A DNA stretch of 37,504 nt from Ignisphaera sp. (GTDB lineage: Archaea > Thermoproteota > Thermoprotei_A > Sulfolobales > Ignisphaeraceae): positions 1-37,504 of the forward strand of contig JAWAHS010000014.1 of the NCBI GenBank assembly GCA_038889075.1. Reading direction: 5' to 3'. Under the pieces are notes generated by a model. It saw only the letters and a program-made list of their open reading frames with translations, ran no database searches and had not been told where the DNA came from. Below, piece after piece: positions 10,073 to 19,793 of this stretch (positions are counted from its first letter, which is position 1; every line of letters begins with the position of its first letter). The translations under genes and the position numbers were made by a program.

Positions 10073-11146
10073 TTAGAATACAACTACCTGTCTTCCTAAG
10101 GCTCTACGTTTCTCTAGTGCTTCAAGCCCTTCCGTAGCCTCTTCGAGCTTGAGTCTCCTTGTTACAACCGCTCTATAGTTTATCATATTCCTCTTTGCAG
10201 CATTTACAACCTCTATCTGCTCACTTAATGAACCAACAATCGATCCTGTGATGGTCCTCTCATTTACTATAAATGGTAGTAGAGGTGATATCTTTGCCTC
10301 TCCACCAATCATACCAACAAGCATGTGTATACCCATCTTAGCAAGTAGGCTGGTGTACATCGCTATCGTTGCCTCTGTGCCGACGGTATCTACTACAGCC
10401 TTTAGACCCCTGCCCCTGGTAATCTCCATAATGGTCTTGACCGGATCGACCCTAGAGGTATTGATTGCAGCATCCAGTCTAACAATCTTTGATGCAAATT
10501 CTATCGACTCATCCCTACCGGCCACCCCAATGAGATTGACATAGGGTGCTAGTGCCTTTACCCACTGTATTGCGTAACATCCAAGACCTCCGAGACCCAC
10601 TACTGCAACATAGTCATCTGGCTCTAGATGGGGTAGTACCCGCTTTACTGCTCTATATGTTGTTAGCCCTGCACAGGCTAGTGGTGCAGCTGCTGGAAGA
10701 TCCTCCAGCCCCTCGACATCAACCAGGAATCTGTAGTCTGAGACTAGGAAGTACTCCTGCAAACCACCATCAACAACTATAGCTAGATGTGCAGGATAGC
10801 TACTTAACTGTGTAAGACCCTTAGCAACATATGGATCGTCTCTCGCCCACTGCCATGCATAGACCAGGACACCTCTACCCTCCTTTATATCCTCGGGTAC
10901 CCTATCACCCTTAGCAACAACTGTCCCCACGACCTCATGGGATAGTATAAATGGTAGCTTTGGCGGTATGCCTGCTGCAGACCAGTCACCCCTCCACACA
11001 TGTACATCGGTATGGCATATACCGGCACCGAGAACCTTTATTAGAACCTGTCGATCTCTAGGCTCTGGGGTAGGGATCTCCTCGATAGCAAGCGGCTTAC
11101 CGAATTCCTTAATCAGTGCAGCACGGTGCTTCTTTGGAGGAGACAT
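10073..11146 (-). CDS. adh: Zinc-dependent medium-chain alcohol dehydrogenase
   Basis: GICHTD, SHEVVG, LACAGLT and Rossmann VVGLGGLG motifs. Confidence 0.9.
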   Translation of the reverse strand: MSPPKKHRAALIKEFGKPLAIEEIPTPEPRDRQVLIKVLGAGICHTDVHVWRGDWSAAGIPPKLPFILSHEVVGTVVAKGDRVPEDIKEGRGVLVYAWQWARDDPYVAKGLTQLSSYPAHLAIVVDGGLQEYFLVSDYRFLVDVEGLEDLPAAAPLACAGLTTYRAVKRVLPHLEPDDYVAVVGLGGLGCYAIQWVKALAPYVNLIGVAGRDESIEFASKIVRLDAAINTSRVDPVKTIMEITRGRGLKAVVDTVGTEATIAMYTSLLAKMGIHMLVGMIGGEAKISPLLPFIVNERTITGSIVGSLSEQIEVVNAAKRNMINYRAVVTRRLKLEEATEGLEALEKRRALGRQVVVF

Positions 11147-11242
11147 GTTTGCACCACAAAATATAGTACCCTATCCAATACTAATTTACTTTTATGCCAG
11201 ATAGAGGAGGTGTTCTGAACTTGACAGCTTCTAGCCCTCCTT

Positions 11243-11288
11243 GCAAAATTTATATAGCGGAGCCTCCAGAGGATATTCTAGAGGTGAG
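11243..11288 (+). promoter_or_regulatory. BRE/TATA promoter and SD for aor
   Basis: GCAAAATTTATATA at about 11243-11256; GAGGTGA at 11281-11287, upstream of ATG 11296. Confidence 0.6.
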
Positions 11289-11295
11289 CTCTGGA

Positions 11296-13176
11296 ATGTC
11301 GCAGTCTAAACTATATGGCTATGCAGGTAGGATTCTCTGGGTAGATCTATCGACAAAAACGTATAGAGTTGTAGAGACCCCGATGGAGCTGGCGAAGAAC
11401 TTCATTGGTGCAAGAGGCTTTGGAGCTAAGATGCTGTGGGATCATCTGAGACCTGGTGCCGATCCCTTTAGCCCTGAGAACATGATCGTATTCTCTGTAG
11501 GGCCTCTAGCTGCAGTTGGCGCCCATAGTGCAAGTAGATTCTTTGTATCGTTTAAGTCTCCACTGACAGGGACGTACTTCAGAAGTGTTGGCGGGGGGAA
11601 GTTTGGGGCAGAGATGAAGCTGGCAGGCTACGATGCAATTGTTGTTACGGGTAGAGCTGAGAAGCCCACATACCTATGGATACAGGATGGAGCTGTCGAA
11701 TTTAGAGATGCAACCCATGTCTGGGGAGCTATAGCCTCTCACACAACTGAGGTACTCCTTAAGGAGACTGACCGTGATGCAAAGCTTGTTACAGTAGGTC
11801 CTGCTGGTGAGAAGCTCGTTAGGTTTGCATCCGTGCAGACTGATGATACTAGGAGTGCTGGTAGGGGTGGTGGAGGGGCTGTAATGGGGTCTAAGAATCT
11901 GAAGGCTATAGTTGTTAGGGGTACTGGAAAGCCGGAGCTGTACAATGAGGAGGAGTTCGAGAGGCTTGTTGAGGAGCAGCTGGATATCTACCATAAGAGC
12001 CCTGCATTCCAGGCCTTTAGAAGCCTTGGAACAGATGGTGTTGTATATCTATTCTATACACTTGGCCACTTCCCAACCTACAACTTTAAGCAGCTGGAGC
12101 TTGATAATGCAGATAGATTTAGTCCAGAGGTGCTCGCAACCTATGTTGTCAAGACCGGTAGCTGCTACAACTGCGCCATAGAATGCTGGCAGTTCTTCAA
12201 AACATCAAAGGGTCCCTACGCTGGCATCATATGGGATAAGCCTGAGTATGAGACGCAGTGGTCCTTTGGAGGTGTACTGGGTGTTACAAACCTGGAAGCG
12301 ATAATGTATGCAAACATGCTGTGCGACCTCTATGGACTCGACACAATCTCTACAGGTGTTACAATAGCCTTTGCCTACGAGCTCTATGAGAAGGGTATAC
12401 TATCGAGAAGCGAGGTAGATGGTCTCGACCTTAGATGGGGCAGCCCTGAGCCGGCAATTGAGCTCATAAGGAAGATCGCCCTTAGGGAGGGTATAGGCAA
12501 CATCCTTGCCGAAGGCACTGCACGGGCTGCAGAATTAATAGGCCGTGGAGCGGAGAAGTTCGCTATGCATGTCAAGGGGCTTGAGATCCCCGCCTATGAT
12601 CCGAGGTCTGCAAAGGCCCACGGCCTAAGCATCGCTACATCGAATATTGGAGCAAGCCACATGCTTGGATGGAACACCTATGAGATAACCGGCTTTCCAG
12701 AGAGAGTAGATCCATACACAGTTGAGGGCAAGGGTGCTCTTGCAAAAAAGGTTCAAGATGTAACAGCTACCTACGAGGCTATGGGGTTCTGCCTCTTCCC
12801 GCAGTCAAACGGTATGATACCTCTGGAGCTAGCCTCGAGAATGCTCTATGCTGCAACAGGTGTTGAGGAGTTTAGAGATCCACAGTACCTCCTCCTAGTT
12901 GGTGAGAGGGTATACAATATCGAAAGGGCTTTCAATGCTAGGGAGGGCTTTACGAGAAAGGATGACACGCTACCTGAGAGATTCCTTAGAGAACCTGTCC
13001 CAAGACCGCCATCGAAAGGGCAGATAGTTGAACTCGATAGAATGCTTGACGACTACTACACTGCTAGGGGATGGGATGTAAAGACAGGGATACCGACAAG
13101 AAGAAAGCTCGAGGAACTTGGTCTAGCATATGTTGCAGAGGAGCTGACAAAGCTAGGGAGGCTACCAGCTGGGTGA
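11296..13176 (+). CDS. aor: Tungsten-containing aldehyde:ferredoxin oxidoreductase family protein
   Basis: YGYAGRILWVDLS, KSPLTG, AGRGGGGAVMGSKNLKAI, CxxCxxxC, EYET, CDLYGLDTIS and HVKGLE motifs; start moved to MSQSK after the SD. Confidence 0.95.
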   Translation: MSQSKLYGYAGRILWVDLSTKTYRVVETPMELAKNFIGARGFGAKMLWDHLRPGADPFSPENMIVFSVGPLAAVGAHSASRFFVSFKSPLTGTYFRSVGGGKFGAEMKLAGYDAIVVTGRAEKPTYLWIQDGAVEFRDATHVWGAIASHTTEVLLKETDRDAKLVTVGPAGEKLVRFASVQTDDTRSAGRGGGGAVMGSKNLKAIVVRGTGKPELYNEEEFERLVEEQLDIYHKSPAFQAFRSLGTDGVVYLFYTLGHFPTYNFKQLELDNADRFSPEVLATYVVKTGSCYNCAIECWQFFKTSKGPYAGIIWDKPEYETQWSFGGVLGVTNLEAIMYANMLCDLYGLDTISTGVTIAFAYELYEKGILSRSEVDGLDLRWGSPEPAIELIRKIALREGIGNILAEGTARAAELIGRGAEKFAMHVKGLEIPAYDPRSAKAHGLSIATSNIGASHMLGWNTYEITGFPERVDPYTVEGKGALAKKVQDVTATYEAMGFCLFPQSNGMIPLELASRMLYAATGVEEFRDPQYLLLVGERVYNIERAFNAREGFTRKDDTLPERFLREPVPRPPSKGQIVELDRMLDDYYTARGWDVKTGIPTRRKLEELGLAYVAEELTKLGRLPAG

Positions 13177-13184
13177 ATAGAGGA

Positions 13185-13457
13185 GTGAGGATATACATAG
13201 AGTTTTCATGGTTTCTAGCACAGAAAACTGGAAGAAAATTCGTCTGGCTAGATATAGATGGAGACTCGAAAATAGAGGATCTTTTTCTAAAGATACTCCC
13301 TCCGGTGATAGGAAAGGAGTTTGGGGAAACTCTATTCAAGCTATTCCTAAATGGAGGAATCCTCGTAATAGTGAATGGTGTTCTAGTTGTAGATCCCTCA
13401 ACAAAACTAAAGGATGGAGATAGGATATATATTCAGCCGCTAGCCTTTGGAGGCTAA
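13185..13457 (+). CDS. moaD: MoaD/ThiS ubiquitin-like sulfur carrier
   Basis: VIVNG..LKDGDRIYIQPLAFGG* C-terminal diglycine; GTG start 8 nt after the aor stop. Confidence 0.85.
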   Translation: MRIYIEFSWFLAQKTGRKFVWLDIDGDSKIEDLFLKILPPVIGKEFGETLFKLFLNGGILVIVNGVLVVDPSTKLKDGDRIYIQPLAFGG

Positions 13458-13777
13458 AAAGTAGATCTAACTTTATTTAGTCAGATTACCAAGGGTAGGG
13501 ATATCGACCACCCAAATCAACATTTGTCTAATGCATTGAAAATCTGCTAGCTATGACGCAGTGTAGTCTTCCACAATACTAGTTAGTTTATACCATCCTT
13601 CGGCAGAGGGATCGATTAAAAGATCCTGTGCTCTGATCTTATACCGTGTATCTATGGGCTATTCAACATGTAGGATGTCATAATCTATTCTATTGTTATA
13701 AAGGTGCAGGATGGTGTCTAAAGCTACTATACAAGGATCACTACCTATTGCATATCTAACATATATAGCGAATACTG

Positions 13778-14986
13778 TTAACTTGCCATTTGGTTAATCA
13801 CTATAGCATCAAAGGGACATGCTGTATAGCACAGTCCACAGACATCGCATCTAGACTCATCTACTACCGGAGGCTCCTCACCTCTATCGATAACTGCTCT
13901 ATATGGACATACCTTTACACATACACCACATATTCTACACTTCTCTGGAACTACTGTAAATCTGTAGATCTTTTCCCTATTCAGCTTCTCTAGTGGAAGT
14001 ATGTTTTGTATTGCCAGTCCACGGAAATCCTCTATTCTTGAAAAACCGTGTCTCAACATCCACTCCTCTAGCTCACTCAGCATAACCCTTACCACACCAT
14101 ATCCATGTACAACAATTGTTGTACATACCTGTACAGCTCTAGCCCCAACAAGTATGAATCTAGCTATATCTAAACCGGAAGCAATACCACCGGAGCCTAT
14201 CACAACTACCTGAGGCAACTCTCTCACAATGTTATAGGTCCATGCAAGGCTTATTGGGAGCTGCCACGGCCCTCCATAGCCACCCAGACCACCCCACAGT
14301 ATTGGTTTCATCGATTCAACATCTAGTATCAGTCCCTGGAATCTCGCTGTAGAAACTAGTATATCGGCACCTGCGCTAACCATTGTTCTAGCTAGCTCAA
14401 CCGGGTTGGCCCCGTGTGGTGTTATCTTGCCTATCACTGGGAGATCTGTGTTCTCCTTAACTCTTCTTACTATAGCCGAGACTATCTGTGGGTTGTAGGC
14501 TGCAGCTCTACCCATCAACCCATTGTATGTTGGCTCTACATGTGGACATGATAGGTTGAGCTCTATGGCATCGGCTCCTGCTTCCGATACCATTCTTGCT
14601 AGTCTCTCCCACTCCTCATACGTTCGCCCAGCTATACTGGCTATAACAACTCCCTCTATCTCCCTTCTAGAGATCTCCATTTTTGCTCTCTTCAGTAGAT
14701 CTGCCCATTTCTCAGGTGGGTGCTCAGACATTAAATCTACCGAATAGAAGGAGTAGAACCTTGTCCTTGCTAATGCACTCTGTTTATCAACAATATGCAT
14801 CCTAGGTCTTGGCTGAATCTGCTGGTTAACATCGTAGGTTATAGTCTTTGTAACAACACCTCCTGCACCAGCCTCCAGACCCTGTACTATATCGCGATCA
14901 TTCTTTACGGAGGGCCCTGATGCAATAATTAGTGGATTGGGTAGTTGGAGCCTTCTATGCAGTTTTGTAGTGAGATCTATCTCCAT
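13778..14986 (-). CDS. Dihydropyrimidine/dihydroorotate dehydrogenase-like FMN protein with C-terminal 2x[4Fe-4S] (PreA-like)
   Basis: NPLIIASGP, GGVVTKT, ELNLSCPH, GSGGI and AVQVCT motifs; two CxxCxxCxxxCP motifs. Confidence 0.88.
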   Translation of the reverse strand: MEIDLTTKLHRRLQLPNPLIIASGPSVKNDRDIVQGLEAGAGGVVTKTITYDVNQQIQPRPRMHIVDKQSALARTRFYSFYSVDLMSEHPPEKWADLLKRAKMEISRREIEGVVIASIAGRTYEEWERLARMVSEAGADAIELNLSCPHVEPTYNGLMGRAAAYNPQIVSAIVRRVKENTDLPVIGKITPHGANPVELARTMVSAGADILVSTARFQGLILDVESMKPILWGGLGGYGGPWQLPISLAWTYNIVRELPQVVVIGSGGIASGLDIARFILVGARAVQVCTTIVVHGYGVVRVMLSELEEWMLRHGFSRIEDFRGLAIQNILPLEKLNREKIYRFTVVPEKCRICGVCVKVCPYRAVIDRGEEPPVVDESRCDVCGLCYTACPFDAIVINQMAS

Positions 14987-14995
14987 TACACGCCC

Positions 14996-15949
14996 CTATA
15001 TAAACTTCAGCTGCTTCAAAATTCCTCTTATCCGCTCCCTCTCATCACTTGAGATTGGATGTAGAGGTGGCCTTACATAGGCCGTCTCTAGCACACCCAT
15101 CATCGTGAGCGCCTCTTTGAGCCTTGCCCTATAGTTTCTCACAGGAGGAGCAAATACTACCTCCATAAGTGGTACTAGCATCTCCCAGATCTCCAAAGCT
15201 TCATCGTATCTCCTCTTTGCTACAAGTCTAAACATTTCAACCTGTTCACCAACAGCTATGGTACCAAAACCAAGCAAACCTCCCCTAGCACCCATCACTA
15301 GAGACTCGTAGATAAAGTTGTCGTTACCTGTCAACACCATTATGCTATTTCCCAGCCTCTTAATCACTCTAACGATATCTAGGAACTTTTTAGCGTTGAA
15401 GGAGGCCTCCTTTATCGCTACAACAGTTCTCAATGAGGATAGAAGCTCTATCGCCTTAGGTGTATATTCAACCCCTCCAAGTTCAGGTTGTAGATTAAAT
15501 ACCACCAACGGAACATCAATACTATCTGAAAGTGCCTTATGATACATGTAGATGACATCCTCATTCGGATGTCCAATGAATAGAGAATGGGGAAAGACTA
15601 GAAAGGCATCTGCACCAGAATCCCTCAACTGCTTAGCCATCTCAATAGCATCAAAGGTATTTATAGCCTGAAGCCCCACCACCACCGGTACCCTCCCCTT
15701 AACAACACTGCTAACCAGTTTGACTATTGCAAGCTTTTCGTCTCTATAGAGCTGGGGACCTTCACCAGTATCTACAGCAACAGCAAGACCTCCAATATCA
15801 AAGTTTAACAGCCATTTTACATACTTCTCCATCTGATCCAGATCAACACTATAGTCAGCCCTCATAGGGGTTACTATAGCCGGTATCAAGCTATATTCTT
15901 TAAAAGGATTGAATATCTTACCCCCCTGCATTATCCAGCCCCCAGTCAC
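14996..15949 (-). CDS. DapA/NanA/KDG-aldolase superfamily class I aldolase-like protein
   Basis: PAIVTPM, DTGEG, Schiff-base IKEAS, LTGND; start may be ATG 15931; 9 nt from the PreA-like gene (operon). Confidence 0.88.
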   Translation of the reverse strand: MTGGWIMQGGKIFNPFKEYSLIPAIVTPMRADYSVDLDQMEKYVKWLLNFDIGGLAVAVDTGEGPQLYRDEKLAIVKLVSSVVKGRVPVVVGLQAINTFDAIEMAKQLRDSGADAFLVFPHSLFIGHPNEDVIYMYHKALSDSIDVPLVVFNLQPELGGVEYTPKAIELLSSLRTVVAIKEASFNAKKFLDIVRVIKRLGNSIMVLTGNDNFIYESLVMGARGGLLGFGTIAVGEQVEMFRLVAKRRYDEALEIWEMLVPLMEVVFAPPVRNYRARLKEALTMMGVLETAYVRPPLHPISSDERERIRGILKQLKFI

Positions 15950-16224
15950 ATATTTGAACTCTCTAAATTAAAAATTTTCAAGCTATACAATTCAAAACTA
16001 ATGCATAGCTTTAAAACTAAGGTACTCCCAATGTATAGTACCTAGAAGATAAATCTCTGTACTAAGATGCCACATTACAGCCTCTACTATACCATTTAAG
16101 ATGCCGCTATGAGAGCATCAGATTTGGAAAAGATTCAGTGATTCTGGAAGAGCCATGAAACAACCTAGATCATAAAGGAGGTACCAGTTTCGATGGTAGG
16201 ATGCCTAAAATGTAGCCTCTAGTT

Positions 16225-18150
16225 CTATTCTGAGATAAAGTTGCCATACAGCGATTGGTTATACATTCTTCTCCTGGGTATATATACACCGTCCCTAGGA
16301 TTATCATCCTGGGTATATATTATGAGCCTATGCTCATTCCATACAATTACCTCATCTCTTGGATCCCCTACTATGTTCCATACATAGACCTTCGGCCCCC
16401 ATTCACTATCGCTCCACATGTTGTATTCAAAGGGAACAACAATGTTTCCATAGAGGTCGTACAGTCCATTAGGTGCTGCAATTAATTCAGAACCGTTGCC
16501 GATCCAGTTTACCGGTACCCAGCCAAAGACCTTATTAAATGCTGCAAAGATCATCTCGCCACTGAGATCAAATACAAACTGGTTTACCCCTCCCCAAAAT
16601 GTTTGAGCCACTATTAATGGCTTCGAGACCGTGGGATCGAAGTTTGCTAACGACATTATCTGGGCGTGGCCTAGATGCCACTCCTTAATAACCTCACCCT
16701 TCTCCACGTCGATGAAGTATACACCCCCATCTTGATTCGCTATGGCTAGATACATTCTACCATTATATCTGTATGCAACGGCACTGTCACAGTGGTCATA
16801 TAGATCTATCCTCCACAAAACTCTACCATTATCATCTATAAGTGCATCACCGGCAAAAACCTCGTCCCTTCCATCATCGTCAAAGTCGTATATGAGGGGC
16901 GTATGTATAAGCTTACCGCTATAGCTCCAAAGTTCATCGAGATCCTCTGTATAGGTCCACATATTGTTGTACCGGTCCTTGAATACTATATCCCTTGCTC
17001 TACCCAGCCCTCTCAGATCCGCAAAAACTATGTGGTCTCCGAAAACCCTCTCAAAGATGGTCTCGGAACCCTCTACAAAACCTCCACCCTCTCTTGCTTT
17101 CGGTGTATCTCTACTCCTTATAGTTTTTCCACTACTACCTTCAATAATTATTAGCTTGAAATTTCTAGCGAGCACAACCTCATCTCTTCCATCACCATTG
17201 ATATCTATAACGCCTATAGGAAGCTCTGTCTGGGCTGGGAAGTTTCTTGCATCTGGTCTTCCAATTTGCCAGAGAATACTGCCATCAATATTCACTGCTG
17301 TTACACATGATATGTGTCTATATATGTTGTGGTGGTACTTCTCGCCAGTTACAACATTCTCATTCTGTACAAATATGAACTCTGGAATACCATCGCCATC
17401 GAGATCCCCTATCCTCATTATCCTTCCAGCAAAGTTCCTTAACAGTAGACTTCTATACACTGTAGCCCGGGGTATGGCAAGGGTTTTGAATGGCGATTCC
17501 CTGTGCTCTAGGGCAACATTTTTCAAAGGCTCATTTTTTACCCTCACGCCTCCTATGGATACCGTGCCATTTCCTTGACCGGTGATGTATAGCATGAGGT
17601 AGCGTGTACCCGTGGGTGTTTTGAAGAAGCTGAACACCCTCTTCCAATCGCTATACCCCGATAAGGCTATGTCACCACATCTAAATCTGCCAATACTTAT
17701 GCATGGTTTGTATCCGCATCTCCAATCGGTTCTATAGAAAGTCTCACCATTATCACCCCACATCCACTTTTCTATCCTAAGCTCAATAGGCTCCAGCACC
17801 CTATCCAGAGCCTCTACTCTCACTACAAACCCATCAACAATACCCTTCTTAGGGTTAAATCTATTGCTATAGAAGCGGTACCTAACATAAGCTTCAATGA
17901 TATAGTAGTCCTCTTCGTGAACCCTTATTAGTGGTTTATACACCAGCGACCATTTAGATTCCCTACCACCTACAATCTCAATTCCTCTACCATCCAGATA
18001 TCTTACTGTAGGCTCTAAATCACTATGCTTAATTAGAATCCAGTAGGTCAAACCATCAGAAAAATCGAGATTGTAAGCACTATCTGGATCAAATACGGGA
18101 AGCTCTACATTATGGAGATAGAGTATGTGCCTAAGGCTCACTGACACCAC
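16225..18150 (-). CDS. Rhamnogalacturonan lyase PL11-like/FG-GAP beta-propeller with N-terminal CBM4/9-like domain
   Basis: Repeated DxDGDGxxE calcium-blade motifs (GDLDGDGIPE, DINGDGRDE, DFDDDGRDE), H-x-D (DHCDS), LGHAQ; directly downstream of GH28. Confidence 0.7.
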   Translation of the reverse strand: MVSVSLRHILYLHNVELPVFDPDSAYNLDFSDGLTYWILIKHSDLEPTVRYLDGRGIEIVGGRESKWSLVYKPLIRVHEEDYYIIEAYVRYRFYSNRFNPKKGIVDGFVVRVEALDRVLEPIELRIEKWMWGDNGETFYRTDWRCGYKPCISIGRFRCGDIALSGYSDWKRVFSFFKTPTGTRYLMLYITGQGNGTVSIGGVRVKNEPLKNVALEHRESPFKTLAIPRATVYRSLLLRNFAGRIMRIGDLDGDGIPEFIFVQNENVVTGEKYHHNIYRHISCVTAVNIDGSILWQIGRPDARNFPAQTELPIGVIDINGDGRDEVVLARNFKLIIIEGSSGKTIRSRDTPKAREGGGFVEGSETIFERVFGDHIVFADLRGLGRARDIVFKDRYNNMWTYTEDLDELWSYSGKLIHTPLIYDFDDDGRDEVFAGDALIDDNGRVLWRIDLYDHCDSAVAYRYNGRMYLAIANQDGGVYFIDVEKGEVIKEWHLGHAQIMSLANFDPTVSKPLIVAQTFWGGVNQFVFDLSGEMIFAAFNKVFGWVPVNWIGNGSELIAAPNGLYDLYGNIVVPFEYNMWSDSEWGPKVYVWNIVGDPRDEVIVWNEHRLIIYTQDDNPRDGVYIPRRRMYNQSLYGNFISE

Positions 18151-18190
18151 CGAATACTATAGATGGCCTAGTTCTCTAGGTGTGCCAAGC

Positions 18191-19588
18191 CTACCCTGCT
18201 CTACTACTAAAGTCATCCAAGGTCACGCCATCTGTATTGTCAAGTACCAGTACCGGGCCCTCTAACGAAGATATCCTAATCTTTGAGAGCCTAGCGCTAG
18301 TGACATTTGAAAGTAGGATCCCCCTCCTTGCCCTAATTCTGGCGTTCTCAATTACTATATCCCTTATTGGCATCTCTGGCAATCCACTCAACCTCACTGC
18401 CTGGCCTGCACCATCACAAACTATATTATACATGTAGACTCCTCTAATAGCTGGTGTTCTTTCTGATACAGGCTCTGGTGGTAGAGGTTCGTAGAACATA
18501 TCTATGACTATAGCCTCATAGACTATGTCCCGCATCACGATGTTTCTAGCAATAACATTTTCAACAATGCCTCCACGTCCTCTAGCAGTCTTTATCCTCA
18601 CCCCTCTTTCCGTGCCGTCAAATACACAATTCTCTATAGTGGCATTTCTTACACCCCCAGACATCTCACTACCTATAACAAAACCTCCATGGCCTCTTCT
18701 CATGGTGCAGCTACTCACATAGATATTCATAGATGGTTTCCCTATTCTTCTACCCTCCTCATTCTTACCAGACTTAATCACTACACAATCATCGCCTACA
18801 TCTATGAAACACCCACGGATGTGGACATCACTCGACGAATCTACTACAATACCATCTGTATTTGGAGAGTAGTCGGGAGCCGTGATCAAGATGCTTTCTA
18901 CTGTTACATGCTGGCTGTATAGGAGGTGTACATTCCACATAGGGGAATTCTTAAATGTAACACCGCTTATCAAAACGTTCTCAGCATTGTATAGCTGGAG
19001 GAGCTGCGGTCTGAAGAATTCATGATATTGCTTACATATGTCTTCAGTAGGCTTTACACCCTTTGCTACGAGCTCTCTATATAACTTGTATCCCTCAAAG
19101 GCCCTTTTTGAAGGCCACCAAATCTGCTGCTCTTCATCAATAAAACCTCTTCCAGAGTCTACAATATTTTTCCACATCTCTTCGGATACACGAGACCTCT
19201 TTATATACCACCACTGCTGCCCCTGACCATCTACTACTCCCTCACCAATTAGTGCAACATTCCTTACATCTCTGCCAAAAATCATAGGGGAAGTCTGACA
19301 CTGGTGCTGACCCTCCCTTCTTGTTTCAATAACAGGATATCTATCGAAATCTGAGCTAAACTTTATGAAAGCATCCCGCTCCATGAACACTACAGTGTTG
19401 CTTTTTAGAAGAATTGTTGTAACTAAATATTCCCCTGGTGGAATATATACCACACCTTTTTTCTCAGAAGCTTCCTCAATGGCAGTATTAAATGCCCTTG
19501 AGCTATCCTCACCACCCTTCGAATCCGCCCCAAAATCAACTACATTAAATCTTTGTCCCATGGTATCTATTAGCCACATAGGGTTCAC
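18191..19588 (-). CDS. Glycoside hydrolase family 28 (probable cytoplasmic exo-polygalacturonase)
   Basis: All four GH28 motifs: SPNTDG, GDDC, GHGG, RIKT; no signal peptide visible. Confidence 0.95.
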   Translation of the reverse strand: MNPMWLIDTMGQRFNVVDFGADSKGGEDSSRAFNTAIEEASEKKGVVYIPPGEYLVTTILLKSNTVVFMERDAFIKFSSDFDRYPVIETRREGQHQCQTSPMIFGRDVRNVALIGEGVVDGQGQQWWYIKRSRVSEEMWKNIVDSGRGFIDEEQQIWWPSKRAFEGYKLYRELVAKGVKPTEDICKQYHEFFRPQLLQLYNAENVLISGVTFKNSPMWNVHLLYSQHVTVESILITAPDYSPNTDGIVVDSSSDVHIRGCFIDVGDDCVVIKSGKNEEGRRIGKPSMNIYVSSCTMRRGHGGFVIGSEMSGGVRNATIENCVFDGTERGVRIKTARGRGGIVENVIARNIVMRDIVYEAIVIDMFYEPLPPEPVSERTPAIRGVYMYNIVCDGAGQAVRLSGLPEMPIRDIVIENARIRARRGILLSNVTSARLSKIRISSLEGPVLVLDNTDGVTLDDFSSRAG

Positions 19589-19793
19589 TAAGCTTACCTC
19601 AAGATAGATTGTTAAAAAGCTTAATCATTGACTCCTCTATAGGATAACATGATTGTGAGAAAAGAGTTAAAGGGGTATGTAATAGGTTAGGATGCATCGT
19701 GGATCTTCAATAGATCAGTAGCTCACCCTATAGAGATTTAAATTCTACAGTTTATAACCCATGAGAAAATAGGAAATCTCTTGGTGATACTCG

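Noticed and set aside
11194-11295. 34-aa N-terminal extension of AOR
   Set aside because: The region contains the TATA box and SD; the true start is more likely ATG 11296
13071-13184. N-terminal extension of MoaD
   Set aside because: Overlaps the aor 3' end; GTG 13185 gives a normal ~90-aa MoaD
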